Assembly (NCBI GenBank): GCA_965204025.1
Contig: OZ241972.1
Coordinates: 4,762,006 to 4,826,005, forward strand
Length of the DNA stretch: 64,000 nucleotides
Direction of reading: 5' to 3'
From: Caldilineaceae bacterium
GTDB lineage: Bacteria > Chloroflexota > Anaerolineae > Caldilineales > Caldilineaceae
Each line of letters starts with the position of its first letter. Positions within the stretch are counted from its first letter, which is position 1. The position numbers and the translations under genes are program-made. Shown here one piece after another: positions 20,404 to 29,990 of the stretch. A model generated the notes under the pieces. It saw only the letters and a program-made list of their open reading frames with translations. It ran no database searches and was not told the DNA's origin.

Positions 20404-20646
20404 CTACTCGTCGAAGCCGAACGCCATCGTCAGCCAGCTGTCGATCCCAGCCAGTGCGTCGGCGTCGGCAACCGTCTCCGCAATCGCAGCGGCCGGCGCG
20501 TCGGCATCGATCTCCACCTGCACGACGGCCGGCGGCCATAAGACCCCATCGGCCGGCTCCAGCCGCGTCGGTGCGAACCGCAAGGGCAGGGTGATGTGAT
20601 TGTCGGGGGCGTGCGCCCAATCAAGGGCGTTCCACAAATCGCCCAC
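20404..20646 (-). CDS. small acidic hypothetical protein
   Basis: Codon usage is typical of this genome (high GC3) and the composition is plausible. No motif recognised. Confidence 0.4.
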   Translation of the reverse strand: MGDLWNALDWAHAPDNHITLPLRFAPTRLEPADGVLWPPAVVQVEIDADAPAAAIAETVADADALAGIDSWLTMAFGFDE

Positions 20647-20719
20647 CCGCGCCCGCGCGTCGGGGCTGGTCGCGACCTCGCCGACGAACAGGATCGTGGA
20701 CGGCAGCCAATCATCGCCG

Positions 20720-21010
20720 ATGGGGGAACCGGGGGCGTTGGGATCGACCGACCAGCAGGACCAGTTGTGGAGACACCAGCAGCTACAGGAACAGCAGGAC
20801 CAGTTGTGGAGACACCAGCAGCAGCATTGGCAACAACAGGACCACCAGCACGCACAGACTGAACATCAAAGGTTCGTCGACAACCAGATCGCACGGGAAC
20901 TCATGGACCACTCCGGCCGGAGTGCCCTCAAGCCCATTGTCCCGCGCTGGCCGTTCGTGGTCGGCGGTTTGGTGGCCGCCGGCCTGATGTACATATTCGT
21001 ATGGTCGTGA
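20720..21010 (+). CDS. Gln-rich repeat protein with a C-terminal TM helix
   Basis: High GC3 in this frame. Contains QQDQLWRHQQ twice and a C-terminal WPFVVGGLVAAGLMYIFVW. The start is uncertain. Confidence 0.3.
   Translation: MGEPGALGSTDQQDQLWRHQQLQEQQDQLWRHQQQHWQQQDHQHAQTEHQRFVDNQIARELMDHSGRSALKPIVPRWPFVVGGLVAAGLMYIFVWS
20753..20822 (+). repeat. 31-nt direct repeat, period 39 nt
   Basis: cagcaggaccagttgtggagacaccagcagc occurs at 20753-20783 and 20792-20822. Confidence 0.85.
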
Positions 21011-21028
21011 CGGCCGCCCCGTGGAGTG

Positions 21029-22342
21029 CTACTTCAGCACCGTGAAGGCCGTCAGGACGAACCCCGACACCGCGGCGTTCTTGCCTTCGTTGGGGCCGCC
21101 GACAATCTCCTCGAGCGACACGTAGTCCTGGACGACGTTGATCGCGTCGCCGTACGCCCGGTCCTGCGGCCGCACCCGCAATGTGGCCACCGGGCTGATG
21201 GTCTCGCCGTCCCCGTTGACCGCCCAGGCGGAAAGCGTGTACGTCACATCGCTGGCCAGCACGTCGATCGGGAAGTCCCGGTGCGCGTCGGGCGGCAGGG
21301 CGTAGAGAAACGTGTTCGCATCGGCGGAGTCCTCGATCAGCCGATTGGGCGTGACGGCCGCCGTGATCGACACCGGCACGCCGGCCACCGGCGTAATCGC
21401 ATCCTGCAAGATCACTTCCTTGAACGGCACGGCCTGGCTGACCGGATCGAGCACGAAGGCCGGCGACGACCAGAACATCGAGGCCCGGATGTCGCCGTCG
21501 TCGACAATCCGCAGATTCGAGAACCGCTCGGTGTTGCCGCTCAGGTCCTGCATGATGCACCAGGTAACGAGGCGCTTGGCTCCGTACATGGACATCATGG
21601 CCGACACATCGTCGCCCTCGGGCACCACGTCGCCGTCCTCGTCGACGATGCGGATTACATAGGTGTCGAAGTCCACCGTGTCGCGCTGGGCCAGGGTCTC
21701 GCCGCCATGCGCGAGGCCGATCCGCAGGCGCGGGGTCTGCGGGCGCGTCAACAGCCCGGACGCGGCCCGGTAGTTGCCGAACGCCTCGTTGTAGCCCACG
21801 TAGTAGAACGTGCCGCCGGCAATCGGCGTCTGGACCAGATGGGGCGCAACGCCCTGCTTCCAGTCGGTGGTGAAGAACGTCGGCGGCGAGATGCTCTGGT
21901 CGATCGTCGCACCCACTACATCGCTGACCAGGTAGGCGTCGCCGTCGGTCTCAACCACCACGCCCAACTCGACCCGCACCTCCGTGCCGGTGCGCACGCC
22001 GTCGAACGCGGCCGTGCGCGTGCCCAGGGCCAGGGCCTGCGCGGTCGGCGGGCCGTCGCCGTCGTCGAGCAGCAGCACCAGCCGGGCGTCGAAGCTGCGC
22101 GGTCCCATGCGCCAGGTGTGCGGCCGGGTGGCCTCCCAGGTGACGTTGACCGTGTGCTCGTCGTCCGCGTCGCGGGTCACGGACAGCTGGGAGATCTGGC
22201 CGTCGCGCAACCGGCCCCAGGGCGGGCAGTCCGTGTAGGCGGTCTCGAACAGGCCGTCGCGGGCCAAGCCCGGACCGGCCAGGCAGGCAACGAACAGGAC
22301 GGACCACAGAAAAATCTTGAACGCGGGGGCAATCCGGGACAT
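21029..22342 (-). CDS. secreted hypothetical protein
   Basis: N-terminal signal peptide MSRIAPAFKIFLWSVLFVACLAGPGLA. A 437-aa sequence that looks beta-rich. No motif recognised. Confidence 0.7.
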   Translation of the reverse strand: MSRIAPAFKIFLWSVLFVACLAGPGLARDGLFETAYTDCPPWGRLRDGQISQLSVTRDADDEHTVNVTWEATRPHTWRMGPRSFDARLVLLLDDGDGPPTAQALALGTRTAAFDGVRTGTEVRVELGVVVETDGDAYLVSDVVGATIDQSISPPTFFTTDWKQGVAPHLVQTPIAGGTFYYVGYNEAFGNYRAASGLLTRPQTPRLRIGLAHGGETLAQRDTVDFDTYVIRIVDEDGDVVPEGDDVSAMMSMYGAKRLVTWCIMQDLSGNTERFSNLRIVDDGDIRASMFWSSPAFVLDPVSQAVPFKEVILQDAITPVAGVPVSITAAVTPNRLIEDSADANTFLYALPPDAHRDFPIDVLASDVTYTLSAWAVNGDGETISPVATLRVRPQDRAYGDAINVVQDYVSLEEIVGGPNEGKNAAVSGFVLTAFTVLK

Positions 22343-22577
22343 GGCACAAGCCTCGGAGTTCGGCGGTGGGTGGCAGCGTGCGTTCTCTTAATTTAACCAC
22401 CCGCAGGCACGCCGCGCAAGCAAGCGCATGCTCCCGTCCGCGCGGGGTTTTCTGTTTGGCCCGGATGCGTCCGCGCCCGGAACATTGCGCAGTTGCGCAC
22501 TGCGCCCAAACGCCTGCCTTTCGCCTAGGCGGCCCATATACAATCCCATAGGTTCGTCGATTTGAAACACACCCCCC

Positions 22578-24332
22578 ATGCGCACACTGCCGGCCCTGCA
22601 CTCCACCGATGCGGACTTTGCGGCCATTCGCCGCTGGGAGGGCTTCTACGTGGACAAGACCGGTTTGTTCCGCCATCTTCTGGAGACGGATCCAAGCCCC
22701 CTGTCCAATCCACCGCTGACCACGCGCCACCAGTTCCTGGCGCGTCCGCGGCGGTTTGGCAAGACGCTGCTGGTCAACACGCTGGAGGCCTGGTTCCAGG
22801 GGTTGCCGCCGGGCCATCACACCAATCCCGAAGGCGACACCGCGCAACTGGTCGGCCTGCCCGCGGGCTGGACTTCGCCGCCGTGGCTGTGGGCGGGTCT
22901 GGATGCCGAGGACTGGCACGGAACGCATGGGTGGCACCCCGTGATCCGGCTCAATTTGGCCCGGGCCTCGGCTCCCACCCCCGCCGAAACCCGCAACGCC
23001 CTGCAAGCCTACCTGTGGGATGTGATCGGGGAGTGGTATGACCGCGGCGCGCCTTGGACCGTGTCCGATCTCTTCGGTCCATTCCCCGACCAGCCCCCGG
23101 GCATCATGCTGACAGCCCTGATCGACGGCCTGGAGCAAGCCTACGGCCGCCAGCCCGTGGTGCTGGTCGACGAGTACGACACACCCCTTGTCAACCACAT
23201 CGGGACCGACCGCCCTCTCGAACCCGCCGTTGACGAACTCCGCGAATTCATCCGCGTGCTGAAGGACGACGAGGGCCTGCTCTACGGCGTGTTCGTGACC
23301 GGCATCACGCGCTTTGCGCGCCGCCACCTTTTCTCCGGCGCCAACAACTTCGTCGACATCTCCGACGACCCCCGCTACGGCGCGCTGTGCGGCTTCACCG
23401 AAGAGGAGGTGAACCGGGATCTGGCCCCCTACCGGACGGCCCTGGCGGATAGGGAACCGCGCTTGGATCCCCTTGCCATTCAGACCGCGTGGCGGGAGCA
23501 GTACAGCGGCTACCGCTTCTCGGAGATGCCCTCGACGCCCCGCGTCTACAACCCCTTTACCCTGATCCGCGGCTTGGAACAAACACTTAACAATGAACAT
23601 CTCCGCGATTTGGCCGTCCAGGGACGTTGGCCCTCCGCCTGGAGTGAGTCCGGTCACCCGGGTCTCATTGCACGCCTGGCCGCGGACGGGCGCAGGGCGC
23701 CGCCGTCCCCGGGTCTCACAGACCTGAACCGCCCCGATCCCATCCTCCTCATGCTGGAGACCGGCTATTACACATGGCGCGGTGCGGCCGGCGAGCCCGC
23801 CCATCTCGACTTTCCCAACCGCGAAGTCGCCGAATCATGGACCTACGACATCCTGGGGCTGGGCGAACTCGCCCCCGAACGGGACGGCCGCGTGTTCACC
23901 GAACTGCACACGCACTTGGAGCGGGGCGACGTGCCGGGTTTTGCCGCGCGCCTGGAAACCTGCGTGTTCGGTTTCGCCCACGAAAACCTGCAGACCGAGT
24001 CCAACTTTCGCGTGCTGATGCAGGCCCTGTTCCGGCAGATGGCCGTGCCCACACAGTCGGAGCCGTCGAACTGGGGCGGGCGCGCCGACCACGAGGTCCG
24101 AATCGGAGACCGGGTGTACGTCTTCGAAGTCAAGTACAACCGGCCCGCCGACGCGGCCCTGCGCCAAATCGGGGACCGGGGCTACGGTCGCCAACACCTG
24201 GACACCGGCCGCACGGTGACGGCCGTTGGTCTGGCCTTCCGCCGCGACCTGTCGACGGGCCCGTGCGTGCAGGTCGCACAGGCCGACCTGGCCCGGTTGC
24301 TGGCTGTCGACACAGAATCCGTCCCGCGCTAA
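22578..24332 (+). CDS. AAA-ATPase-like / PDDEXK_9 family protein, paralogue 1 (intact)
   Basis: N-terminus FYVDKTGLF...ARPRRFGKTLLVNTLEAWF. Central VVLVDEYDTPL. C-terminus ADHEVRIGDRVYVFEVKYN, a PD-(D/E)XK motif. Confidence 0.85.
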   Translation: MRTLPALHSTDADFAAIRRWEGFYVDKTGLFRHLLETDPSPLSNPPLTTRHQFLARPRRFGKTLLVNTLEAWFQGLPPGHHTNPEGDTAQLVGLPAGWTSPPWLWAGLDAEDWHGTHGWHPVIRLNLARASAPTPAETRNALQAYLWDVIGEWYDRGAPWTVSDLFGPFPDQPPGIMLTALIDGLEQAYGRQPVVLVDEYDTPLVNHIGTDRPLEPAVDELREFIRVLKDDEGLLYGVFVTGITRFARRHLFSGANNFVDISDDPRYGALCGFTEEEVNRDLAPYRTALADREPRLDPLAIQTAWREQYSGYRFSEMPSTPRVYNPFTLIRGLEQTLNNEHLRDLAVQGRWPSAWSESGHPGLIARLAADGRRAPPSPGLTDLNRPDPILLMLETGYYTWRGAAGEPAHLDFPNREVAESWTYDILGLGELAPERDGRVFTELHTHLERGDVPGFAARLETCVFGFAHENLQTESNFRVLMQALFRQMAVPTQSEPSNWGGRADHEVRIGDRVYVFEVKYNRPADAALRQIGDRGYGRQHLDTGRTVTAVGLAFRRDLSTGPCVQVAQADLARLLAVDTESVPR

Positions 24333-24434
24333 CGCCGACGGCCGTACCCGCCAGGTTGAGGGTGCCGGCTGGGCGGCGGACCGGTGGGACCGCACCCGCC
24401 CAGCGTATCGCACCAAGGTCCGCGCGGCGGCGCG

Positions 24435-25340
24435 TCAGAAGCTCTTGAACGGGCGCCTGGGTTCACGCCTGTCGGCCGTGTCGCGGCCATCGGACGCATC
24501 CCGGTAGGCCGTCCAGGTGTCGACCATGCCGGCCAGCAGGCGCAGGGCCGGTCCGAACCGGGGTACCATCGAGGGATCGACGTGCGGCCGCATCAGCTTG
24601 CTGTAGGCGGCAAAGCAGGCTTCCTTCTCCGGATCCGTGCGCCAGCGCGCAAACGCCTCGCCCAAGTTGGACAGGGTGGCGGCCGACAATTCTCCGGAAA
24701 TGATCGGAGCAGTGGTCGGCGCGGTCAGCAGTGCGCCCATCTCGAACAAATCCTGAACGTGGCGCATGACCGAAACCGGCGGCGCACCCTCCTTGTTGCC
24801 GCTGGGTTTCCGGCCCTGGTCGAACCCCTCCAAATTCAGGATCTTGCCTATGGCGATGTGTACGAAATCCACACACTCCCAGGTCCCCACGGCAATGTCG
24901 TCGAACTCCAGTACATCGGGATTGGCCAGGACTGTTTGGCGCACCGTGGGCGGCCGTTCGGCCTGCGGCACGAAGGTCAGGTCGTAGCGCAGGGTCCACG
25001 GCCGCCGCCGGCCCCGGATGTCCGGTGCGGTCACGGGACGCAGCGGATCCCGCAGGTGGTCGGCAAACTGCGATGCGTACCGCATCGCCACATGCTGCGT
25101 CGACCGGCCTTCGCCGTCGGGCGTGCGCCCAAAGCCGGTTTGGCGCTTGTCGATGCGCACACCGGCCATGTGCGGAAACACCTTGGCTTCCAGATAGGCC
25201 TGGAAATCCTCCCACACCCGCAGCTTGGCGTCCATGGCGACCGGGCCGGGCCGCTGCGCGGACAGGAGCAGGTCGATGTCCTCGGAGAAGCGGGACGTGA
25301 CCCGATAGACTTTGGCTTTAGAACCCGGTGCGGCTCCGAC
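24435..25340 (-). pseudogene. AbiEii-type nucleotidyltransferase paralogue, N-terminus degenerate or unresolved
   Basis: KVYRVTSRFSEDIDLLL is followed by long collinear similarity to 14865-16493 (PPVSVMRHVQDL, AYSKLMRPH). The upstream 130 codons of ORF 24435..25748 are Arg/Gly-rich and not protein-like. Confidence 0.55.
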
Positions 25341-25906
25341 CGCAAACCCGATCCGAAACCCCTGTTCGGAGCCAACGCACGGCCCTGGCCGAGGTCCGCC
25401 GCGCGAATGTGCGCCGGCCCGTCGACTTCGGCGACCTGGCCAAACCCGTTCACAGCCCCCCACGCACGCCCGATCCACCCATCGATCCAGCCGAACTCGA
25501 TGCCCTGGCCGCAAACGCGCCGAGGTGACGTTCAGCGACGAACCCAAACCGCGGGAATCGCCCGATTCGGCGGGATCGGGGTCCGATCCCCCGCAAACAC
25601 CACCCCTGAAAGTTCCCAGGAGGAGCCGAGCCAACGTCCTGCAACCTGCAGGCCCCCTGACATCCGGGTCGTCGAGCCGACCACGGAGCCCCCCATGACG
25701 GCAGACAACTTGGCCGCCGAGGACCGACCTGGGAACGGACCCCCACATCGCCGCGGTGTGGGTCCGGAGTTTGCGCTCCGCGAAGAACTTATGTCAACAT
25801 GCGGGGATTGACAACGAGGCCCTGATCATAACCGGCAATGACGAACGAACACCGACGGAAGCGGAACTGGCCGCGAAGCGGAAGCTGTGGCAGGAGGAGG
25901 CCGACG

Positions 25907-26206
25907 ATGAAGGTGCGCGAACTGATTGACCAACTGGGCGAGTTCGATCCCGACGCGCCGGTGTTCACCGTCGACCCCATGCACAACTGGGTGGCGTACT
26001 GCGAAGTCACCGACCGGTGCGTGGGCCAACAGCGGATTGAGGATCTCGACAATGAGAACGATCGCCATGTGATCGAACTCGACAAGTTGGCCATCGCAAA
26101 CCGGAACCTGCACCCGCGCTCGCCCGGCACCAACGAGTGGACCGCCCCCGCGATCGTGATCGCAGGGCCGAGTTGCAGCTTCCACGACCGGAAGGATGAA
26201 TGGTGA
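25907..26206 (+). CDS. MKVxELI small protein, copy 2 (divergent, lacks the Cys cluster)
   Basis: RBS aggaggagg. Sequence MKVRELIDQLGEFDPDAPVFTVDP... Confidence 0.65.
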   Translation: MKVRELIDQLGEFDPDAPVFTVDPMHNWVAYCEVTDRCVGQQRIEDLDNENDRHVIELDKLAIANRNLHPRSPGTNEWTAPAIVIAGPSCSFHDRKDEW

Positions 26207-26366
26207 AGGTCAAGGAACTGATCAAGGCCCTGCAGGACCTCGATCCCAACGCGCCGGTCTGGACGATCGACACCTGCGAGTGCTGCACCGCGCACGAAGC
26301 ACTCGACACCACCCGGCGGCCCATGGGACTCCCGTTTTTGGCCCGTATCACAGGAGGCAACCCATG
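26200..26366 (+). CDS. MKVxELI small cysteine-motif protein, copy 3 (55 aa, below the ORF-track cutoff)
   Basis: My own translation: MVKVKELIKALQDLDPNAPVWTIDTCECCTAHEALD... It overlaps the stop of the upstream gene and shares an ATGA overlap with the downstream start. Confidence 0.6.
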
Positions 26367-27308
26367 AAGACGGACGACATCGGCGAGCGGTGGGCAAACG
26401 CCATGCGCACACTGCATGGTCTGGTGGAGGACCTGTACGCGGACAGGATGCGGCGGGAATTGCAGGACGTGATCCGCCAGGCGTGCCGCATGGGCGACGT
26501 GCCGCCACCGGAGGCCGTCGACCTGGTGTGGGAGTTTTTCGGGACGGGCATCGACAACTCCCGGTGGCGGAAACAGTGCCGTCACCTGGGCGTGGCCCCC
26601 GACGCCCAGATGCAGTTCTGCCATTTCATCTACGAGGTGCGGTGGCCGCAGGACGCCGGTCGCCCACCGGTGCTGCCGCCGCTGCTGTTCGTGGGCGAGG
26701 TTGCCCTCGAGGTCGACGACCGCGTGTTGGCCCTGGCGGCCGGCCATCGCCAGGACCTCGATGCCGGCACACGGGACGGCTACGTGCTGGTCGTCGGAGA
26801 CCGTTTCAGCGAGGAGCTGGCCGCACGAGACGGCGGCGGCGCAGTGGCCAGCTCCGGCGCGCACTTCCTGCACCGGCCGAAGGATCGGGATGATGTCCCA
26901 TTCCTGAGCGACGTCTCGACGGTGACGGCCCTCATGCAGGACTGGGCTGCGCAGCACGCGGACGACGGGCACACCGAGACATGTTCGGACCAGGCCCAGG
27001 ACGGGGTTCCCGGAGCCAGCGGGCGGGCAACGGCACCCATGATCAACCCCAGTACACGGAAGCAGGGCCTGGCCCTGCGGCTGACGGTCGGCCACAGCGG
27101 CCGCTCCCCCGATTGCGGCTGCTTTCACCGAATCGGGAGGCGCTGTGCTTCGCTTCCCGGGCGTTTTGCGGGGTCCCGAGGGTTAGGGGTCGGGGACGTT
27201 CGCCCCATTTGCAGGGGTTCGCGTCGCGGCCGCCGCCCGGAACAGCAGGCGCGCACCGGGCCCATCCGGCCAGGTAGGCCCCGGCAGCGGTCAACGGAAA
27301 CCCCATGA
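26364..27308 (+). CDS. coiled-coil plus PD-(D/E)XK-like family, member c (short N-terminus, suspicious C-terminal tail)
   Basis: FCHFIYEVRWPQD..LLFVGEVALEVDDRVLALAAGH...YVLVVGDRFSEE...HFLHRPKDRDDVPF is collinear with the C-terminus of member a. The last roughly 100 aa are low complexity and may be read-through. Confidence 0.55.
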   Translation: MKTDDIGERWANAMRTLHGLVEDLYADRMRRELQDVIRQACRMGDVPPPEAVDLVWEFFGTGIDNSRWRKQCRHLGVAPDAQMQFCHFIYEVRWPQDAGRPPVLPPLLFVGEVALEVDDRVLALAAGHRQDLDAGTRDGYVLVVGDRFSEELAARDGGGAVASSGAHFLHRPKDRDDVPFLSDVSTVTALMQDWAAQHADDGHTETCSDQAQDGVPGASGRATAPMINPSTRKQGLALRLTVGHSGRSPDCGCFHRIGRRCASLPGRFAGSRGLGVGDVRPICRGSRRGRRPEQQARTGPIRPGRPRQRSTETP

Positions 27309-27324
27309 CGGCAGGGAGGACGGA

Positions 27325-28419
27325 ATGGCCACACGACACGATCCGCGTGCCCTGACGGTCGCACAGCACCTGCAGGCGCGCGTGGCTCCGGCCGAGGTGA
27401 TCCTGTTCGGGTCGCGCGCCCGCGGCGATTGGCACGCCGCATCCGACATCGACCTGATGGTCGTGGCCGATCGGCTGACGGACGCACAGCGCCTTGAATA
27501 CTCGCAGCTGGGCTGGCGCGTACTGAAACCGGAGACCGCCCATCTGTACCCGGAGCCGGTCGACGTGCAGGTGTTTGCCATGGAAGCCGAGGAATTCAAT
27601 TGGGCCCGCCGGGCGCGCATGCATCTGGCCGGTGCGGCGCAGCACGACGGGCTGACCGCCCGGGGGGAACGGGTGCGGCCGATCGAACAGAACGACCCCT
27701 GGCCGTCCGTTCAGAACCTGTTGCAAAGGTGCCACAAGGCCTTGTTCCACGCCCTGCGCGCCGAGGGCGACGGCAATGGCGCAACCAGTGTCCTGCAGGC
27801 CCACGACGCACTGCAAAAGGTCCTCAAAGCCCATGTGAGCGCGTTGGGCCGCACCTTTCGCAAGACCCACGACCTGAAGAGGCTGATCACGACTGTGGAG
27901 GGAGTTGAGCAGTGCGTGGACTTCTCGCATTTGACCGACGCGTGGTGCGACGCGCTGGGCGAATATCGCCGCTACGGCCCCTACGAATTCGGCCGGCCCC
28001 TGTTTGAACCCAGTGCGCACACGGTCAACCTCGTGCAAGCCACCTGCGGGGCCGTCGCGGCGCGCGTGCTTGCCATCGTGGAACGCAAACCCGGCGACGT
28101 GGAGTACCACTATTCGGAGCGCGAGAGGTACCCGCCGTTTGATCCCGACCGGCCGCTCGGCGGCCTGGAGGACCTGCGGCCGGCCGCTGTCTCGACCGAC
28201 AGCGTCCTCGCCGCAGAGAGGCGCAGGGCATTGCTGGGGGTGGCTCGCCGACTGTTCGAACATCCCCGGCAGGTGGACGATCTGCGCGACCATCTGGACC
28301 GGAATCCGCGCGCCGCCTGGCCGTCGGTCGTGGACCTTATCGACGGGCGCCGCCCGCCGTTCGGCGGGAACGGCGATCGGCGGGACGCCGACCAACTCAA
28401 GCCGCCGCGCGGTTGGTGA
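27325..28419 (+). CDS. MNT-type nucleotidyltransferase fused to a HEPN domain
   Basis: NTase motif VILFGSRARGDWHAASDIDLMVV. HEPN-type R-x5-H in LGRTFRKTHDLKRL. A C-terminal extension of about 100 aa follows. Confidence 0.75.
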   Translation: MATRHDPRALTVAQHLQARVAPAEVILFGSRARGDWHAASDIDLMVVADRLTDAQRLEYSQLGWRVLKPETAHLYPEPVDVQVFAMEAEEFNWARRARMHLAGAAQHDGLTARGERVRPIEQNDPWPSVQNLLQRCHKALFHALRAEGDGNGATSVLQAHDALQKVLKAHVSALGRTFRKTHDLKRLITTVEGVEQCVDFSHLTDAWCDALGEYRRYGPYEFGRPLFEPSAHTVNLVQATCGAVAARVLAIVERKPGDVEYHYSERERYPPFDPDRPLGGLEDLRPAAVSTDSVLAAERRRALLGVARRLFEHPRQVDDLRDHLDRNPRAAWPSVVDLIDGRRPPFGGNGDRRDADQLKPPRGW

Positions 28420-28751
28420 GCCCGACCCAAACTGTCCAAATCGGTGCTGGACACTGGCGTCTAGCGCAAGTCGCAACGCTCGGAGGCCAGTTCCTGTTCG
28501 CACGACACGCAGGGGTTGTGCCGTACGGCTGTGGACACAATGGTACCTACCAGTCCCCGGGCGACGGGCGATCGGCGCGGTCGTCGGGCAGGCATCCTGC
28601 GGGGTCGGGTTCGAGCAGATCCGGCCAGGCGGACGGCGCGGCGCGCACGCCCTGCCGGGCGTCACGGTTGTCCCTGGTCTGGACCTTAAGCGTTGGATGG
28701 TGTATGTTGACATAACCCCTTCGATCGTTGAAGCATGCAAGGAGATTGCCC

Positions 28752-29174
28752 ATGGACACACCGACCCGCCCCAACTGGTCGACCAACCTCCCGCCGGAGC
28801 CGATCGACGACGACCAGGAACTGAGTCCGACGGAGAGCCTGGCCTACGCGTATCTGGAGACCGCGCTGACGAGCCAGCCGGACGCGATCGCGTTCAGCGA
28901 GGAGATCCGGGAGCAGCTGCTCCCGGCCTGCCGGCGGGCCGCGCAGACCGACCTGAGTCTGAGGGAGACGTCCCTGCCGAACGACCAGAGGAAGGAGATC
29001 GTGATGGCGCAGCTGTGGGAGGAAGTGCTGCCGCTGCTGCCGAACGACGACCCCGACCTGCTCAACGCGGAACATCCGACGGGCTGGGATCCGTCGCTGG
29101 AGGAGGATGATGAATTGGAGTACGCGCGGACACACACGGAGGCGATTGCATCATGCGCCACCACGTCGAGTTGA
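28752..29174 (+). CDS. acidic hypothetical protein
   Basis: RBS aaggag 8 nt upstream of ATG 28752. It overlaps the next gene by 22 nt. Confidence 0.55.
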   Translation: MDTPTRPNWSTNLPPEPIDDDQELSPTESLAYAYLETALTSQPDAIAFSEEIREQLLPACRRAAQTDLSLRETSLPNDQRKEIVMAQLWEEVLPLLPNDDPDLLNAEHPTGWDPSLEEDDELEYARTHTEAIASCATTSS

Positions 29175-29881
29175 TCGTGCCGCCCACTATCATGCCGCCC
29201 ACGCCTTTGGCCAAAATCAAGGAGCGCGTGCTTGATGTCATGTATCCCCTGAGCGGATGGGCCAGGGAGGAAAACCTCTACGACTGCCTCTACGACTGGC
29301 TCTACTTCGGCGGAAACTTTGCCGGCACCAAGCTCTACCTGCGGCTCGATCCCGAACGGCGCCGCCAATTCTGGGATGAGCTTGACCGCGAGTCGTTCAG
29401 CACCGACAACCGTATCAGCCAGGGCAATGTTGAAGAGCGCAGCAGTTTCGACCTGGACAGATTCTGGAGTGAGAATTCCCTCTTGTGGGGCATCGAGGGC
29501 GATATCGAAGACCACGAGAGCAGTATCGACCCGGGCAGAATTTGGAGTAAGAGGGACCTTCCGAAAGTGGACGCCCTGTGGCGCAAGTGGTTTCCCGAGG
29601 AGGAGGTCGGTAAATTCCCCCTGTCCCCCTACTACCCGGAAGGGGAGCAGGATATCTGCCGGGTTGACCAGATCCCCGAAAAGCTCACAGCCTACGCGGT
29701 GGTCGTGGCCAACGAAGACAAGGAACTTTTCCAGTTCAGGGTCGAGCTTTGGGGCGAACCCGTAAGGCGAAGCACGGTCTTTAACGGTTTCGTGCTCGAC
29801 GCCTTGCGCCAGTGCCGCGCCTGCGGTGTCGAGCCCGCGCCGGACTGGCTGGCGGTAACGCTGGATTGCCGCCACGGTTGA
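29153..29881 (+). CDS. hypothetical protein (Trp/Asp-rich)
   Basis: Lower GC than the surroundings and good protein-like composition. No motif recognised. Confidence 0.6.
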   Translation: MRHHVELIVPPTIMPPTPLAKIKERVLDVMYPLSGWAREENLYDCLYDWLYFGGNFAGTKLYLRLDPERRRQFWDELDRESFSTDNRISQGNVEERSSFDLDRFWSENSLLWGIEGDIEDHESSIDPGRIWSKRDLPKVDALWRKWFPEEEVGKFPLSPYYPEGEQDICRVDQIPEKLTAYAVVVANEDKELFQFRVELWGEPVRRSTVFNGFVLDALRQCRACGVEPAPDWLAVTLDCRHG

Positions 29882-29990
29882 TCCCCACGCGCCCAATCAA
29901 TCCCCGCATCCCGGCCCTGCCGTCGTTGGATCCGCCATGGACCCCGTCGATCCGGATTGCGGCCTTGCACGGTCGGCATCCGCTCCGCCC

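Noticed and set aside
21951-23804. 617-aa minus-strand ORF
   Set aside because: It is antisense to PDDEXK_9 paralogue 1 and to the end of the secreted-protein gene. Low-complexity Arg/Gly composition.
27043-28761. 572-aa minus-strand ORF
   Set aside because: It is antisense to the MNT-HEPN gene, which has clear motifs. It is Arg/Gly/Pro-rich with no motif. This is the typical shadow ORF of high-GC DNA.
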